Of a stretch of DNA of 64,000 bases, positions 40,902-52,214 are shown in pieces. Origin of the DNA: Chloroflexota bacterium (GTDB taxonomy: Bacteria; Chloroflexota; Anaerolineae; Anaerolineales; VGOW01); the NCBI GenBank assembly GCA_016875735.1, contig VGOW01000005.1, positions 14,506 to 78,505 on the forward strand, read 5' to 3'. Below the pieces are notes generated by a model, which had not been told where the DNA came from, made no database searches, and saw nothing but the letters and a program-made list of their open reading frames with translations. The translations under genes and the position numbers were made by a program. Each line of letters opens with the position of its first letter. The stretch's first letter is position 1.

Positions 40902-40960
40902 GGCGCGCTCCTTTGGTGATGAATTTAATTATACTGCTCGCGGGCGCAGGTTGCGCTAGT

Positions 40961-41015
40961 GCAGGGGCGACCCTTGCGGTCGCCCCTGTGGGGCAACCGC
41001 GAGGGTCGCCCCTAC
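40961..41015. repeat. GTAG-family REP doublet
   Basis: GCAGGGGCGACCCTTGCGGTCGCCCC-TGT-GGGGCAACCGCGAGGGTCGCCCCTAC. Confidence 0.8.
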
Positions 41016-41032
41016 AATCCATGATGTATCCC

Positions 41033-42580
<1,548 letters not shown>

Positions 42581-42630
42581 GGGCGATGATTATACTGCGG
42601 GGGCAACTGAGAGGAGCGCCATCATTTTGT

Positions 42631-42692
42631 GCACAGATGAACACAGATAGACACGGATTTTTATCTGTGCTCATCTGTGTGAATCCGTGTGC
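42631..42692. repeat. Intergenic 9-bp-periodic palindrome
   Basis: GCACAGATG AACACAGATA GACACGGAT ... ATCTGTGCTC ATCTGTGTGA ATCCGTGTGC. Confidence 0.85.
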
Positions 42693-42696
42693 CAGT

Positions 42697-44202
42697 TCAT
42701 CTGCGGCGTGCGCGACGGTTGGGCGCGGAAACGGGTTTCGGTTCGGGGGGCGGCGGCGCGTGGGGGAGTTCGGCGTCGGCGGCCATTCCCGATCGGATGA
42801 TGCGGCGAAGTTCGGAGTCGAGAATCGGATCGGTTTCGATGGGTGTGTATGCATCGAGTCGGCGCTCCACTTCCTCTTTCGCCCGCTGTTGAAGAGTCGA
42901 ACCGCCGCCCTTCAGCCAGTTCTCGCGATTGTCGCGGTCGATCACGTGGCCGGGCAGATAAAGTTCCTGCGGCCAATGTTTGAGCGTGTGCTCGGCGGTG
43001 AGCAGGTGCTTCTCTTCGAGCAGATGCCGGGCGAGATCAACGGTGGGCACGTCGTCCTTCGGGGCGAACTCGCGGACGAAGTGCAGGGCTTGCCCGCACA
43101 TCTCGTCGGCGAAAATTAATTTCTCGAGGCTGAACACGAGAACGTAATCGAGCATTCCCGGCCCGGAGACGGAATTCACTCCGGCCAGCGCGGCGAGCAG
43201 TGCGCTGCCGAAAATTTCGGCTCCGGCTTGCGCGTCGAGAAACTTTCCCTCACTCAGAGCCATGTATCCCTGCGTGGGCAGGCCGAGATATTTGGCGACT
43301 TGCACGTAGGCGGTGTCGAGATGCAGGGCTTCGATGGCGGCCATCGGCGACGACGATGTTTTCATATGAAAGGCGGCGGGCGCTCCGCCGAAGAGCACGG
43401 GCGTGCCGGGTTTGATGATCTGCGCCATCGTGAGTCCGGCGAGCACATCGGCGACGTGGAACACGGTGGCCCCGACGAGGGTGACGGGGGCGATGAGGCC
43501 CATGAGGGTGACGGGCACGATCTCGACCGGGATGCCGAACTCGATGCAGTCGAGCAGATTCTGGCACGAGTCTTCGCCGTAACGGAAGAAGCCGGTGGCG
43601 GTGACGGTGAAGATGGACATGGGCCGGGCGATGAGGTCGGCTTTATCGCGGCGGAACAACTGCATCATCTCGGCCATGCGCGGGGTGCCGTGCTCGGTGA
43701 ATGCGCCGGAGACGACGGGCTTGAGCGAGTTGGCGAGGCAGAGATAGAGTCGCCAGGCGTCGGAGATTTGCGGCTCGATGTCGTTGGTGGAGAAGGCGGT
43801 GGCGAGGTAGGCAATGTTTTGCAGGCCGTCGGCGAGGCGGACGTATTCGACAAAGTCGTGAGTGGTGGCCGGGCGAGTGTGGCCGGTGCGATGGTCGAGC
43901 ACTTTGAGGCCGCTGGAGCCGGGGACGAAGTGCACGCGGTCGCCGCCGAGATTGGCGTGCGGCCTCCCGTTCCGATCGAAGAGGACGATCTCGTGTGGAG
44001 CAGAAGCAACGGCGGCATCCACCGTGTCGGGCGGGAGGAGGATGCGTTCGCCAGCCGAATCCAATTTCAATCCGTGATCCAGCAGTCGCGCTCGCAGAGC
44101 GGGGCCGCGCACTTCCACGCCGATCTCGGCCAAGATGCGTTTGGCTTCGGCCAGGAGGGTGGGGATCATGTCGTCGGAGATGATTTTGAGATGCGGTCTC
44201 AT
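42697..44202 (-). CDS. MttB family protein 3, non-pyrrolysine, distinct clade
   Basis: [39 protein letters not shown]. Confidence 0.9.
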   Translation of the reverse strand: MRPHLKIISDDMIPTLLAEAKRILAEIGVEVRGPALRARLLDHGLKLDSAGERILLPPDTVDAAVASAPHEIVLFDRNGRPHANLGGDRVHFVPGSSGLKVLDHRTGHTRPATTHDFVEYVRLADGLQNIAYLATAFSTNDIEPQISDAWRLYLCLANSLKPVVSGAFTEHGTPRMAEMMQLFRRDKADLIARPMSIFTVTATGFFRYGEDSCQNLLDCIEFGIPVEIVPVTLMGLIAPVTLVGATVFHVADVLAGLTMAQIIKPGTPVLFGGAPAAFHMKTSSSPMAAIEALHLDTAYVQVAKYLGLPTQGYMALSEGKFLDAQAGAEIFGSALLAALAGVNSVSGPGMLDYVLVFSLEKLIFADEMCGQALHFVREFAPKDDVPTVDLARHLLEEKHLLTAEHTLKHWPQELYLPGHVIDRDNRENWLKGGGSTLQQRAKEEVERRLDAYTPIETDPILDSELRRIIRSGMAADAELPHAPPPPEPKPVSAPNRRARRR

Positions 44203-44452
44203 GGCGGTCTCTCCCGAGTCGTTGGATAGCGCAATCATACTTGCCCGGCCTCAAAGAGCAAGGGGCGCCGCTGCCCGGAATCGGCGTGGTTTACGGAACT
44301 TTTACGCGCGGGGTGTCGGCGCCTCCCGAAATCAGAGCGTTGCGCGAGAATCACGGTTTTGCAACGGAAGACACACACATTTTTTACTGATGTCGCGTGA
44401 CATTTGCAGTAAGATGTCGCCAATAAGTACGTTGGCCGTGATCCTGACTGCA

Positions 44453-44692
44453 ATGCGCACCGACTCTGTTGTTCGCCGCCTCATTGAGCACTTCCATGAC
44501 TCCTGCGCGCCCGACTCTCCGCCGCAGGCAGGGCGGCTTTACGAGTGCACTCGCTGTCAATACCGGGAGCGGGTGCCGCTGTTCGACATTGCGCCTGAAG
44601 AAGACTCAGGCGATACTCCCAAGCCTCGGCCGCAACTGCCCGAACTGCTTTGCCCCATCTGCGGCGGCCCCTTCCTTCCGGTGCGGGAATGA
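44453..44692 (+). CDS. Small zinc-ribbon protein
   Basis: YECTRC ... LLCPICGG pair. Confidence 0.55.
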   Translation: MRTDSVVRRLIEHFHDSCAPDSPPQAGRLYECTRCQYRERVPLFDIAPEEDSGDTPKPRPQLPELLCPICGGPFLPVRE

Positions 44693-44705
44693 GCCCGGCG
44701 GCGCA

Positions 44706-45533
44706 TCACAACTGAGTGCGCATCTTCCACAATTCGGGGAACAAAACGACATCGAGCATCCGGCGCAGGTATGAAACGCCCGCCGTGCCGCCGGTGCCCT
44801 GCTTAAAGCCAATGACTCGCTCGACAGTGGTAACATGCCGGAAGCGCCACTGCCGGGATAAGTCTTCGAGGTCGAGCAGCTCCTCCCCTAACTCATACAA
44901 ATCCCAATACTTCTCCGTATCGCGGTAAACAGACAGCCAAGCCTGTTCCACTGAGTCGTGCGGTGTGTAAGGCCGCGCCCAATCGCGGTCGAGAACTTCG
45001 GGCGCGATGGCGAAGCCGCGCCGCGCCAGCAATTTGAGCGTTTCATCGTACAGCGATGGCGCGCGCAGTTCGGCCTCCAGCATCGAATACAGCTCGGGGC
45101 GATGCTCGTGGGGTTTCATCATCACTTCGCTTTTGTTGCCCAGCACAAATTCCAGCGCCCGATACTGGTATGACTGAAAGCCCGACGAGTTGCCGAGAAA
45201 GGGGCGGATGAGACTGTACTCGCTCGGCGTGAGCGTGCTGAGCACGTTCCACCCGCTGATCAATTGCTCCATCACTCGCGAGGCGCGCGCGGTCATCTTG
45301 AATGCGGGCGCGAGGCGATCTTGCTTCACGTGCTCGCGCGCCTGCGCCAGCTCGTGCAGTGCCAGCTTGAGCCACAGCTCGCTGACGTGATGGATGACGA
45401 TGAACAGCAGTTCATTGGGGTCGGGCGAGAGCGGATGTTGCGCCGAAAGAATTTCGTCGAGATGCAGATAGTCGCCGTAGCTCATGGCTTTGCTGAAGTC
45501 GAGCTTTGCGCCGTAGTCGTGTGGCTGAGTCAT
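44706..45533 (-). CDS. kynA: Tryptophan 2,3-dioxygenase
   Basis: [43 protein letters not shown]. Confidence 0.96.
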   Translation of the reverse strand: MTQPHDYGAKLDFSKAMSYGDYLHLDEILSAQHPLSPDPNELLFIVIHHVSELWLKLALHELAQAREHVKQDRLAPAFKMTARASRVMEQLISGWNVLSTLTPSEYSLIRPFLGNSSGFQSYQYRALEFVLGNKSEVMMKPHEHRPELYSMLEAELRAPSLYDETLKLLARRGFAIAPEVLDRDWARPYTPHDSVEQAWLSVYRDTEKYWDLYELGEELLDLEDLSRQWRFRHVTTVERVIGFKQGTGGTAGVSYLRRMLDVVLFPELWKMRTQL

Positions 45534-45639
45534 GTCGAGTCCTCACTGTTGGGGTGTGAGCAGATTGTATCAACTTTACCCTTCGATGGGCAAACCCTGA
45601 TAAAATCCGGCATCACTTCGCTCGGCAAAGGATGCCCTC

Positions 45640-46902
45640 ATGCGCCTCGACAGCGATTACGCCCGTCAACTCGATTCGCAAGACCCGCTCGCCCGCTTCC
45701 GCGACGAATTTGTAATCGACGATCCGACTCTGATCTACCTCGACGGCAACTCGCTGGGCAGGCTTCCCAAACGCGCCGCCACTCGCGTGAAAGAAACGCT
45801 CGATCATGAATGGGGCCGCCGACTCATTCGCGGCTGGGGCGAAGGCTGGTACACTGCGCCGCAAAGGGTGGGCGGCAAAATCGCGCAGATCATCGGCGCG
45901 CGCCCCGACGAAGTGGCAGTGACGGATTCCACGTCGGTCAACTTTTTCAAATTGGTGATGGCCGCGCTCGAAGCCCGGCCGGGCCGCCGCAAAATCGTCA
46001 CCGATGATCTCAACTTTCCAACGGACTTGTACCTTTTGCAGGGCGCGGCCAAGTTGGCCGGCGGCGGCTGTCGGGTGGAAGTCGTTCACTCCGCCGACGG
46101 CCTCACCGTTGCCAATGAGGCATTGGCCGAAGCCATCGACTCAGACACCGCGCTCGTCACCCTCACTCACACCGCATTCAAAAGCGGATACGTTTACGAC
46201 ATGCCCGCTATCACCGAATCCGCTCACCGCGCGGGCGCGCTCGTGCTGTGGGACTTGAGCCATTCGGCGGGTGCGATGCCGCTGGCGATGAACGAATGCA
46301 ACATCGATCTCGCTGTGGGCTGCACTTACAAATATCTCAACGGCGGCCCCGGCTCGCCCGCGTTTCTTTTCGTGCGCCGCGATTTGCAGGATGGGCTTCG
46401 GAGTCCGATCTGGGGATGGTTCGGGCAGAAGGCGCAATTCGAGATGGGACTCGACTACAACCCCGCGCCGGGCATCAACCGTTTTCTTGCCGGGACGCCG
46501 ACGATGCTATCGCTGGCGGCCATCGAGCCGGGCGTCGAACTTCTTCTCGAAGCGGGCATGGATCGCCTGCGGGCCAAATCGGTGGCGCAAACCGAATACC
46601 TCATTGCCTTGTGGGAGGCGATGCTCGAACCGCTGGGCGTGGACCTCCACTCCCCGCGCGATCCGGCACAGCGCGGCTCGCACGTGTCGCTCGGCCACCC
46701 CGAAGGTTTGCGAATCGATCTCGCGCTCATCGAAGAGATGAACGTCATCCCCGACTTCCGCTACCCCGACAACATCCGTCTCGGCGTCGCGCCCCTCTAC
46801 ACCACCTTCGCCGACATCCACGAAGCCGTCGCGCGCATCCGCCGCGTCATCGAAGAACGACTCTACGAGAAATACTCTGCCCATCGGCCCGAGGTCACTT
46901 GA
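45640..46902 (+). CDS. kynU: Kynureninase
   Basis: IYLDGNSLG, WDLSHSAG, GCTYKYLNGGPG, RGSHVS. Confidence 0.96.
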   Translation: MRLDSDYARQLDSQDPLARFRDEFVIDDPTLIYLDGNSLGRLPKRAATRVKETLDHEWGRRLIRGWGEGWYTAPQRVGGKIAQIIGARPDEVAVTDSTSVNFFKLVMAALEARPGRRKIVTDDLNFPTDLYLLQGAAKLAGGGCRVEVVHSADGLTVANEALAEAIDSDTALVTLTHTAFKSGYVYDMPAITESAHRAGALVLWDLSHSAGAMPLAMNECNIDLAVGCTYKYLNGGPGSPAFLFVRRDLQDGLRSPIWGWFGQKAQFEMGLDYNPAPGINRFLAGTPTMLSLAAIEPGVELLLEAGMDRLRAKSVAQTEYLIALWEAMLEPLGVDLHSPRDPAQRGSHVSLGHPEGLRIDLALIEEMNVIPDFRYPDNIRLGVAPLYTTFADIHEAVARIRRVIEERLYEKYSAHRPEVT

Positions 46903-46919
46903 GATAGATTGCATGTGCT

Positions 46920-46992
46920 TTTGCCGCCGAGATCGCGGAGCGCGCAGAGGCCGCTTCTGAAAACTCTGCGGGCTCTGTGTCTCTGCGGTGAA
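46920..46992. repeat. Intergenic 9-bp-periodic palindrome
   Basis: GCCGCCGAGATCGCGGAGCGCGCAGAG...CTCTGCGGGCTCTGTGTCTCTGCGGTGAA. Confidence 0.8.
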
Positions 46993-47030
46993 AATAAATC
47001 CTGATATTGCTCAAGAGAAGGAATCACTTG

Positions 47031-48578
47031 ATGAAGATCAACATCATTGGCGGCGGCCCCGCCGGACTCTATTTTTCAATCCTCATGAAGAAGCTCGATC
47101 CGTCTCACGAAATCACCGTGATCGAGCGCGACGGCCCTAACGACACCTTCGGCTGGGGCGTCGTCTTTTCCGAAACCACCCTCGACAACTTTGCCCAATA
47201 CGACCGCGAGACTTACGATGAGTTCGTCAAGGCTTGCCAGATGCGAAACTATGTTGTGGTGCGGCACAAAGGCGAAACCATTCACATCGGCGGCAACCCC
47301 ATTGCCGGAGTGGCCCGGCTCCAGTGGCTGCAAATCCTTCACCGCCGCTGTGAGCAGCTCGGCGTCAATCTTCGCTTTCACACCAACATCACCAACCCCG
47401 CCGATTACCGCGACTGCGATCTGCTTGTGGGCGCGGACGGCGCGAACAGCCTTGTTCGCAAAACCTACGAGTCGTTTTTCATGCCCTCCATCGAAGTGCG
47501 GCAGAACAAATACATTTGGCTCGGCGCCGAGCAGCCGTTCGACGGGCTAACGATGATCTTCAAACAAGCCGAGGCCGGGCTGTTCATTTCGCATTCGTAC
47601 AAGTTCAGCCCGGCGCACAGCACGTTCATCATCGAATGCCCGCCCGAAACGTGGCTGAAGGCCGGGTTCGAGAAAATGTCGGACGACGAAACGTGCAGAT
47701 ACTTGGCTGATGTGTTTCGCGACGATCTCGGCGGGCGGCCACTGCTCGCCAACAACTTCGTGCGCTGGGTCAACTTCCCCCTCATTCGCAACCGCCGTTG
47801 GCATCACCAAAACGTTGTGCTGATGGGCGACGCCCTGCACACCGCGCACTTTTCCATCGGATCGGGCACCAAACTGGCGATGGAAGATTCGATTGCGCTG
47901 GCCGATTCGTTTTCGCGGCGCGGCACGGTGGAAGCCGCCTTGCCCAATTACCAGCGGACGCGCAAGCCGGTGGTGGATCGGTTTCAGGCGGCGGCGGTGC
48001 GCAGTCTGTCGTGGCTCGAAGACGTGAAAGATCATTTGCATCTCGATCCGATTCCCTTCACCTACAAATTGATGACGCGGAGCAAACGAGTCGGCTTCAA
48101 CCGGATCCAACGGGCCGACCCGGAGTTCGCGTCCCGATACGACGAATGGCGCAAAGCCCAAGCGCAGGCGGGTCCCATTCCCGATGAGTTTCTCGATCTG
48201 TTTCAGAAAAAGACGTTTGCGCATCTCGCCACGCTCATGCCCGACGGCACGCCGCACGTCACTTCGGTGTGGGTGGATTACGACGGCCAGCACATCATCA
48301 TCAATTCAGCGCGCGGGCGGTTGAAAGACAAGAATATGGAGCGGCGGCGGCACGTCGCCATCGAGATCACCGACCCCGACAACCCGGATCGGTTTGTGGC
48401 TGTGCGCGGGCCGGTGGTGGCGATCACCGAAGAGGGCGCGGACGCGCATCTCGATAGACTGGCGCAGAGGTATCTCGAAAAGGATAGTTACCCGCCGAGT
48501 ATGCGCTTCCCCGGCGAAGTGCGCTGTCTCTACAAGATCGAGCCGAAGCACGTGACGGTGTGGAATCCGTTTGGATAA
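47031..48578 (+). CDS. Anthraniloyl-CoA/salicylyl-CoA-type FAD monooxygenase fused to a PPOX-class probable F420-dependent domain
   Basis: GGGPAGLY, DTFGWGVVFS, GDALHTAHFSIGSGTKLAMED, then FAHLATLMPDGTPHVTSVWVD...KDKNMER...DPDNP. Confidence 0.85.
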   Translation: MKINIIGGGPAGLYFSILMKKLDPSHEITVIERDGPNDTFGWGVVFSETTLDNFAQYDRETYDEFVKACQMRNYVVVRHKGETIHIGGNPIAGVARLQWLQILHRRCEQLGVNLRFHTNITNPADYRDCDLLVGADGANSLVRKTYESFFMPSIEVRQNKYIWLGAEQPFDGLTMIFKQAEAGLFISHSYKFSPAHSTFIIECPPETWLKAGFEKMSDDETCRYLADVFRDDLGGRPLLANNFVRWVNFPLIRNRRWHHQNVVLMGDALHTAHFSIGSGTKLAMEDSIALADSFSRRGTVEAALPNYQRTRKPVVDRFQAAAVRSLSWLEDVKDHLHLDPIPFTYKLMTRSKRVGFNRIQRADPEFASRYDEWRKAQAQAGPIPDEFLDLFQKKTFAHLATLMPDGTPHVTSVWVDYDGQHIIINSARGRLKDKNMERRRHVAIEITDPDNPDRFVAVRGPVVAITEEGADAHLDRLAQRYLEKDSYPPSMRFPGEVRCLYKIEPKHVTVWNPFG

Positions 48579-48604
48579 TGTAACGTGTGTTCAAGATAAG
48601 ATGT

Positions 48605-48678
48605 TTTATCGCAGAGTTCGCTGAGAACGCTGAGATTCTTTTTGTTTTCTCCGCGAACTCTGCGCGCTCGGCGGTGAA
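48605..48678. repeat. Intergenic 9-bp-periodic palindrome
   Basis: ATCGCAGAG TTCGCTGAG AACGCTGAG ... CTCCGCGAA CTCTGCGCG CTCGGCGGTGAA. Confidence 0.85.
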
Positions 48679-48713
48679 ATGAAGCCAAGAATCACGAACC
48701 CCCGCTGAGGTCA

Positions 48714-49139
48714 ATGTATATGCCCAAGACGATTGTCAACCCATCTTCGCTTGCCAAACCTTCCGGCTACTCCAACGGCTTCATGATCGACGGCGGGCGA
48801 TTGCTTGTGCTGGCCGGGCAGACCGGAATGGACGTGACGGGCCGCATCGCCAGCCCCGGCGACATCGTGGCCCAGTTTCGCCAAGCGCTCTCGAACTTGC
48901 AGGCCGTCATCGCCGAGGCGGGCGGGGCGATGACCGACATTGTGAAGTTGAATATTTTTGTGACGGAGCGCGACGCCTACAAAACCAATCTCAAACCCAT
49001 CGGCGAAGTCTATCGTTCGTTCTTTGGCCGCCACTACCCGGCGATGACTCTGGTGGAAGTGAAGCGGTTGTTCGACGACGAGGCGATGATTGAAATTGAA
49101 GGTTGGGCGGTGATTGGCGGGCAATTGATTTCTGAATAG
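48714..49139 (+). CDS. RidA/YjgF family protein
   Basis: PSGYSNG, LAGQTG, YPAMTLVEV, IEIEG. Confidence 0.9.
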   Translation: MYMPKTIVNPSSLAKPSGYSNGFMIDGGRLLVLAGQTGMDVTGRIASPGDIVAQFRQALSNLQAVIAEAGGAMTDIVKLNIFVTERDAYKTNLKPIGEVYRSFFGRHYPAMTLVEVKRLFDDEAMIEIEGWAVIGGQLISE

Positions 49140-49167
49140 AATTCCAGTAAGCAGTTAAACCCGATGC

Positions 49168-49233
49168 AACCACTGATTACACGGATTTCACCGATGGAAA
49201 AAGATTCCGTGTAATCAGTGAAATCTGTGGTTC
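49168..49233. repeat. Intergenic 9-bp-periodic palindrome
   Basis: AACCACTGATTACACGGATTTCACCGAT...ATTCCGTGTAATCAGTGAAATCTGTGGTT. Confidence 0.8.
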
Positions 49234-49249
49234 CCAACCGGAGGCGGAC

Positions 49250-50797
49250 ATGAAAGCAACGGATCTTCCACTGTATTACAACGCCATCGATATTTTGGAG
49301 CGCAACCTGGCCGGGCGCGCAAACAAGACGGCCATCTTCTCGGCGGAACGGGAGATGACTTTTGGGCAGGTTGCCGCCGAAGCCAATCAGGTGGCGAATG
49401 CCCTGCGGCGGCTCGATGTGCGGCCCGGCGAACGGGTGGGCATCCTCAGCCCCGACTGTTCGCAATGGGTCACCTCGTTCTTTGGCATCGTCAAAAGCGG
49501 CGCGATCTCTGTTGGCATCAACACCCTGCTCAAGCCGCACGAGCATCTGTATATTTTGCGCGATAGTCAAGCCCGCGCGCTCATCATTCATGCCGCGCTT
49601 CTCCCGGCCATCGAGTCGATCCGCGATCAACTGGATTTCCTCAAGCATGTCATCGTCATCGGCGGCAAAGGGCGCGAGGGCGATTTGACTTTTGCCGATT
49701 GGGTCGGTGGTGAATCCACCGAGTTCACGGCGGCCAACGCGCACCGCGATGACTGGTGTTCGCTCAATTACTCCAGCGGCACCACCGGCGAGCCGAAAGG
49801 CATTCTGCACGCGCACAAGGATTACCCCATCACTTCGCAGTTGTGGGGAGTGGATGTGCTCGGTCTGCGCGAGAGCGACCGGGCGTTCGGTGCGCCGCGA
49901 CTGTTTTTCACCTTTGGCACGGGGGGGGTGCTGATCTTTCCGTTTTATGTGGGCGCGAGCACGGTGCTGATGGCCGCGCCGCCGCGCATCGCCACCAACA
50001 TGCTCGATACCATCGTCCGTTTCAAGCCGACGATTCTTTACAACGCGCCCACGGGCTACGCGGCAATGCTGGCGATGGATGATCTGACGACGAAATACGA
50101 TCTTTCGTCACTGCGATTGTGCGTGTCGGCAGGCGAGTCGCTTCCCGCGCCGATTTGGCAGGGTTGGAAAGATCGCACCGGGCTGGACATCATCGACGGA
50201 ATCGGCTCCACCGAGAACTTCCACATTTTCATTTCCAATCGCCCCGGCGATATTCGGCCCGGAAGCAGCGGCAAGCCATTCCCCGGTTACGACGTGAAGC
50301 TGGTGGACGAAAACGGGGCCGAAGTGCCGCGCGGCGAGGTGGGCAATTTGCTGGTGAAGGGCGAGACGGCGACTCTGTTTTATCTGCATCAAGATGCGCG
50401 GAGCCGCAAGACCTTTCTTGGCGAGTGGCTGTTCACGGGCGACAAGTATTACGTGGACGAGGACGGATATTATTGGCACGCGGGCCGCTCGGATGATATG
50501 TTGAAGGTGGGCGGCATTTGGGTGTCGCCGGTGGAAGTGGAGAGCACGCTGATCAGCCATCCGGCGGTGCTGGAGTGCGCGGTGGTGGGGGTGGCCGACT
50601 CGTCGAATCTGATCAAGCCAAAGGCCTATGTGGTGCTGAAAGAAGGCAATGAGCCGTCGGAGAAAATGAAGGATGCGCTGGTGGCTCACTGCAAAGAGAA
50701 GATGGCCGAATACAAACGTCCGCGTTGGATCGAGTTTGTGCCCGAACTGCCGAAGACGGCAACGGGGAAGATTCAACGCTTCAAGTTGCGAAGCTAA
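49250..50797 (+). CDS. Benzoate-CoA ligase family protein (probable anthranilate-CoA ligase)
   Basis: YSSGTTGEPKG, DGIGSTE, GRSDDMLKVGGIWVSP, LPKTATGKIQRFKLR; context. Confidence 0.9.
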   Translation: MKATDLPLYYNAIDILERNLAGRANKTAIFSAEREMTFGQVAAEANQVANALRRLDVRPGERVGILSPDCSQWVTSFFGIVKSGAISVGINTLLKPHEHLYILRDSQARALIIHAALLPAIESIRDQLDFLKHVIVIGGKGREGDLTFADWVGGESTEFTAANAHRDDWCSLNYSSGTTGEPKGILHAHKDYPITSQLWGVDVLGLRESDRAFGAPRLFFTFGTGGVLIFPFYVGASTVLMAAPPRIATNMLDTIVRFKPTILYNAPTGYAAMLAMDDLTTKYDLSSLRLCVSAGESLPAPIWQGWKDRTGLDIIDGIGSTENFHIFISNRPGDIRPGSSGKPFPGYDVKLVDENGAEVPRGEVGNLLVKGETATLFYLHQDARSRKTFLGEWLFTGDKYYVDEDGYYWHAGRSDDMLKVGGIWVSPVEVESTLISHPAVLECAVVGVADSSNLIKPKAYVVLKEGNEPSEKMKDALVAHCKEKMAEYKRPRWIEFVPELPKTATGKIQRFKLRS

Positions 50798-50824
50798 CAG
50801 ATTTCAATCGAACGCCGGAGAGAG

Positions 50825-50865
50825 AACATGCCCGTTGTCCGAAGACAGCGGGCATGTTTTGTTTT
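50825..50865 (+). terminator. Intrinsic terminator
   Basis: AACATGCCCGTTGTC-CGAA-GACAGCGGGCATGTT followed by a T-rich run. Confidence 0.8.
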
Positions 50866-50888
50866 GGGTGTTCAGCCGGAAGTCGCGC

Positions 50889-52103
50889 CTACGGTTGATA
50901 CACTCGCGTCTCTGGTCTGAAGGCGGCCCACGAGAACCAGAAATGGTTGATGGCTACGGGGGTCAACTGTTTGCCGGCCAATGGGCCGCCCACTGCTACT
51001 CCCAGCGCGTTCCACTCGCTTCCAGTTTCGTTGTCCAGAATCTTTGTGCCGTCGAGTGCAAAAGTGAGAGTCTGGTTGTCGAGTTCACGCAGGTGGGCCA
51101 GCGCGGCCCCCACATCGCGGCCTCCGGCAACGGTGGCGGCGTCCAGCGCCGAAGCGGCGCCTGCGGCCCACAACACCACGACATTCGCCCCGCCTACCGT
51201 ATCGTTGATCACGTTCATCTGCTGCAAAACATCGTACGGATAGGCAACGGCGTCTCCGTTGAGGTCAACTGTTAGCACCCGCGACACGGGCGGCAGTTCG
51301 CCAGGCGCATCCGGGCCACGATAGAGAAAGGGCGGGTTGTTCACGCTGTCGTAACCAATGTAGGGGTTATCGCCATAGGGGCGGCTGAAGCCGGTGTCGC
51401 GAGACAGCACTTTGCCCTCGGGGTAGTTGGCTTTGAAGTCTGCCCACGCAATGATCGAGGCGGGGCGGAAGACCAGTTGAGTGCCTGTCAGTTCGCCGAC
51501 GATGGCTTGGCCAGTGGCTTGCTGCCACCAGGTTTCGGTTTGGCGGTCATACATGATGAGGTTGCTGTAGCGTAGGCGCCCCGTCGTGCCGAAGTCGAAG
51601 ATTTGCCCGTTGACGGTGCGTTCAAAGGCGATGGCGGTGTTGCACAGCGGGCAGAAGGTGATGATCATCGGCACGCTATCCACGGTGTCATTCACAATCT
51701 CGTGCCACATGAAAATCTGGATGGGATAGGCCCGCGCATCGTCGCCGATTTGGAAGAAGAGGATCGGTTCGACATCTTCCAACCATTCGTCGGCTTCAGT
51801 CACCGTGACGAATGTCGGGCGGTCAATGGCGGGAATGCCATCTTTGGGTGAGCCGCCGGACAGGATCTCGCTATAAGAAACCGAGCGCTTGCTGAAGTCG
51901 GTCCTAAACTCAGAGGTTGCTCCACGAGGCGACGACTCGTCTGGCAAAAGGGTTGGCGTTGCTTTGGGCAAGGGCTCCTGAGTGGATTCTGACGGAACGA
52001 ACTGAGGGGGATCGGCCGTCGGCGCGACGGCGACTCTGGCGCAGGCCGAGAGCAGAAGGGTGATGATGATTGATTCGACAATGGAACGTCGGGCAGTGTT
52101 CAT
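50889..52103 (-). CDS. DUF3179 family lipoprotein
   Basis: LLSAC lipobox, SGGSPKDGIPAID, WHEIVND, TFCPLCNT, SNLIMYDRQTETWWQQ, HFWFSW. Confidence 0.88.
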   Translation of the reverse strand: MNTARRSIVESIIITLLLSACARVAVAPTADPPQFVPSESTQEPLPKATPTLLPDESSPRGATSEFRTDFSKRSVSYSEILSGGSPKDGIPAIDRPTFVTVTEADEWLEDVEPILFFQIGDDARAYPIQIFMWHEIVNDTVDSVPMIITFCPLCNTAIAFERTVNGQIFDFGTTGRLRYSNLIMYDRQTETWWQQATGQAIVGELTGTQLVFRPASIIAWADFKANYPEGKVLSRDTGFSRPYGDNPYIGYDSVNNPPFLYRGPDAPGELPPVSRVLTVDLNGDAVAYPYDVLQQMNVINDTVGGANVVVLWAAGAASALDAATVAGGRDVGAALAHLRELDNQTLTFALDGTKILDNETGSEWNALGVAVGGPLAGKQLTPVAINHFWFSWAAFRPETRVYQP

Positions 52104-52214
52104 CGTGGCCTCTATCAATAATTCAACATGCCGCCACTCCATAGACGCGGCAACTCGCTGGCTTCTTACGCACCCGCCCGGTAAGATTTCCGCCGCCCGG
52201 CGCGTCCATAGTAT

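Noticed and set aside
50889-52103. Selenocysteine in the DUF3179 protein
   Set aside because: The motif is CPLC with normal Cys codons; no in-frame TGA
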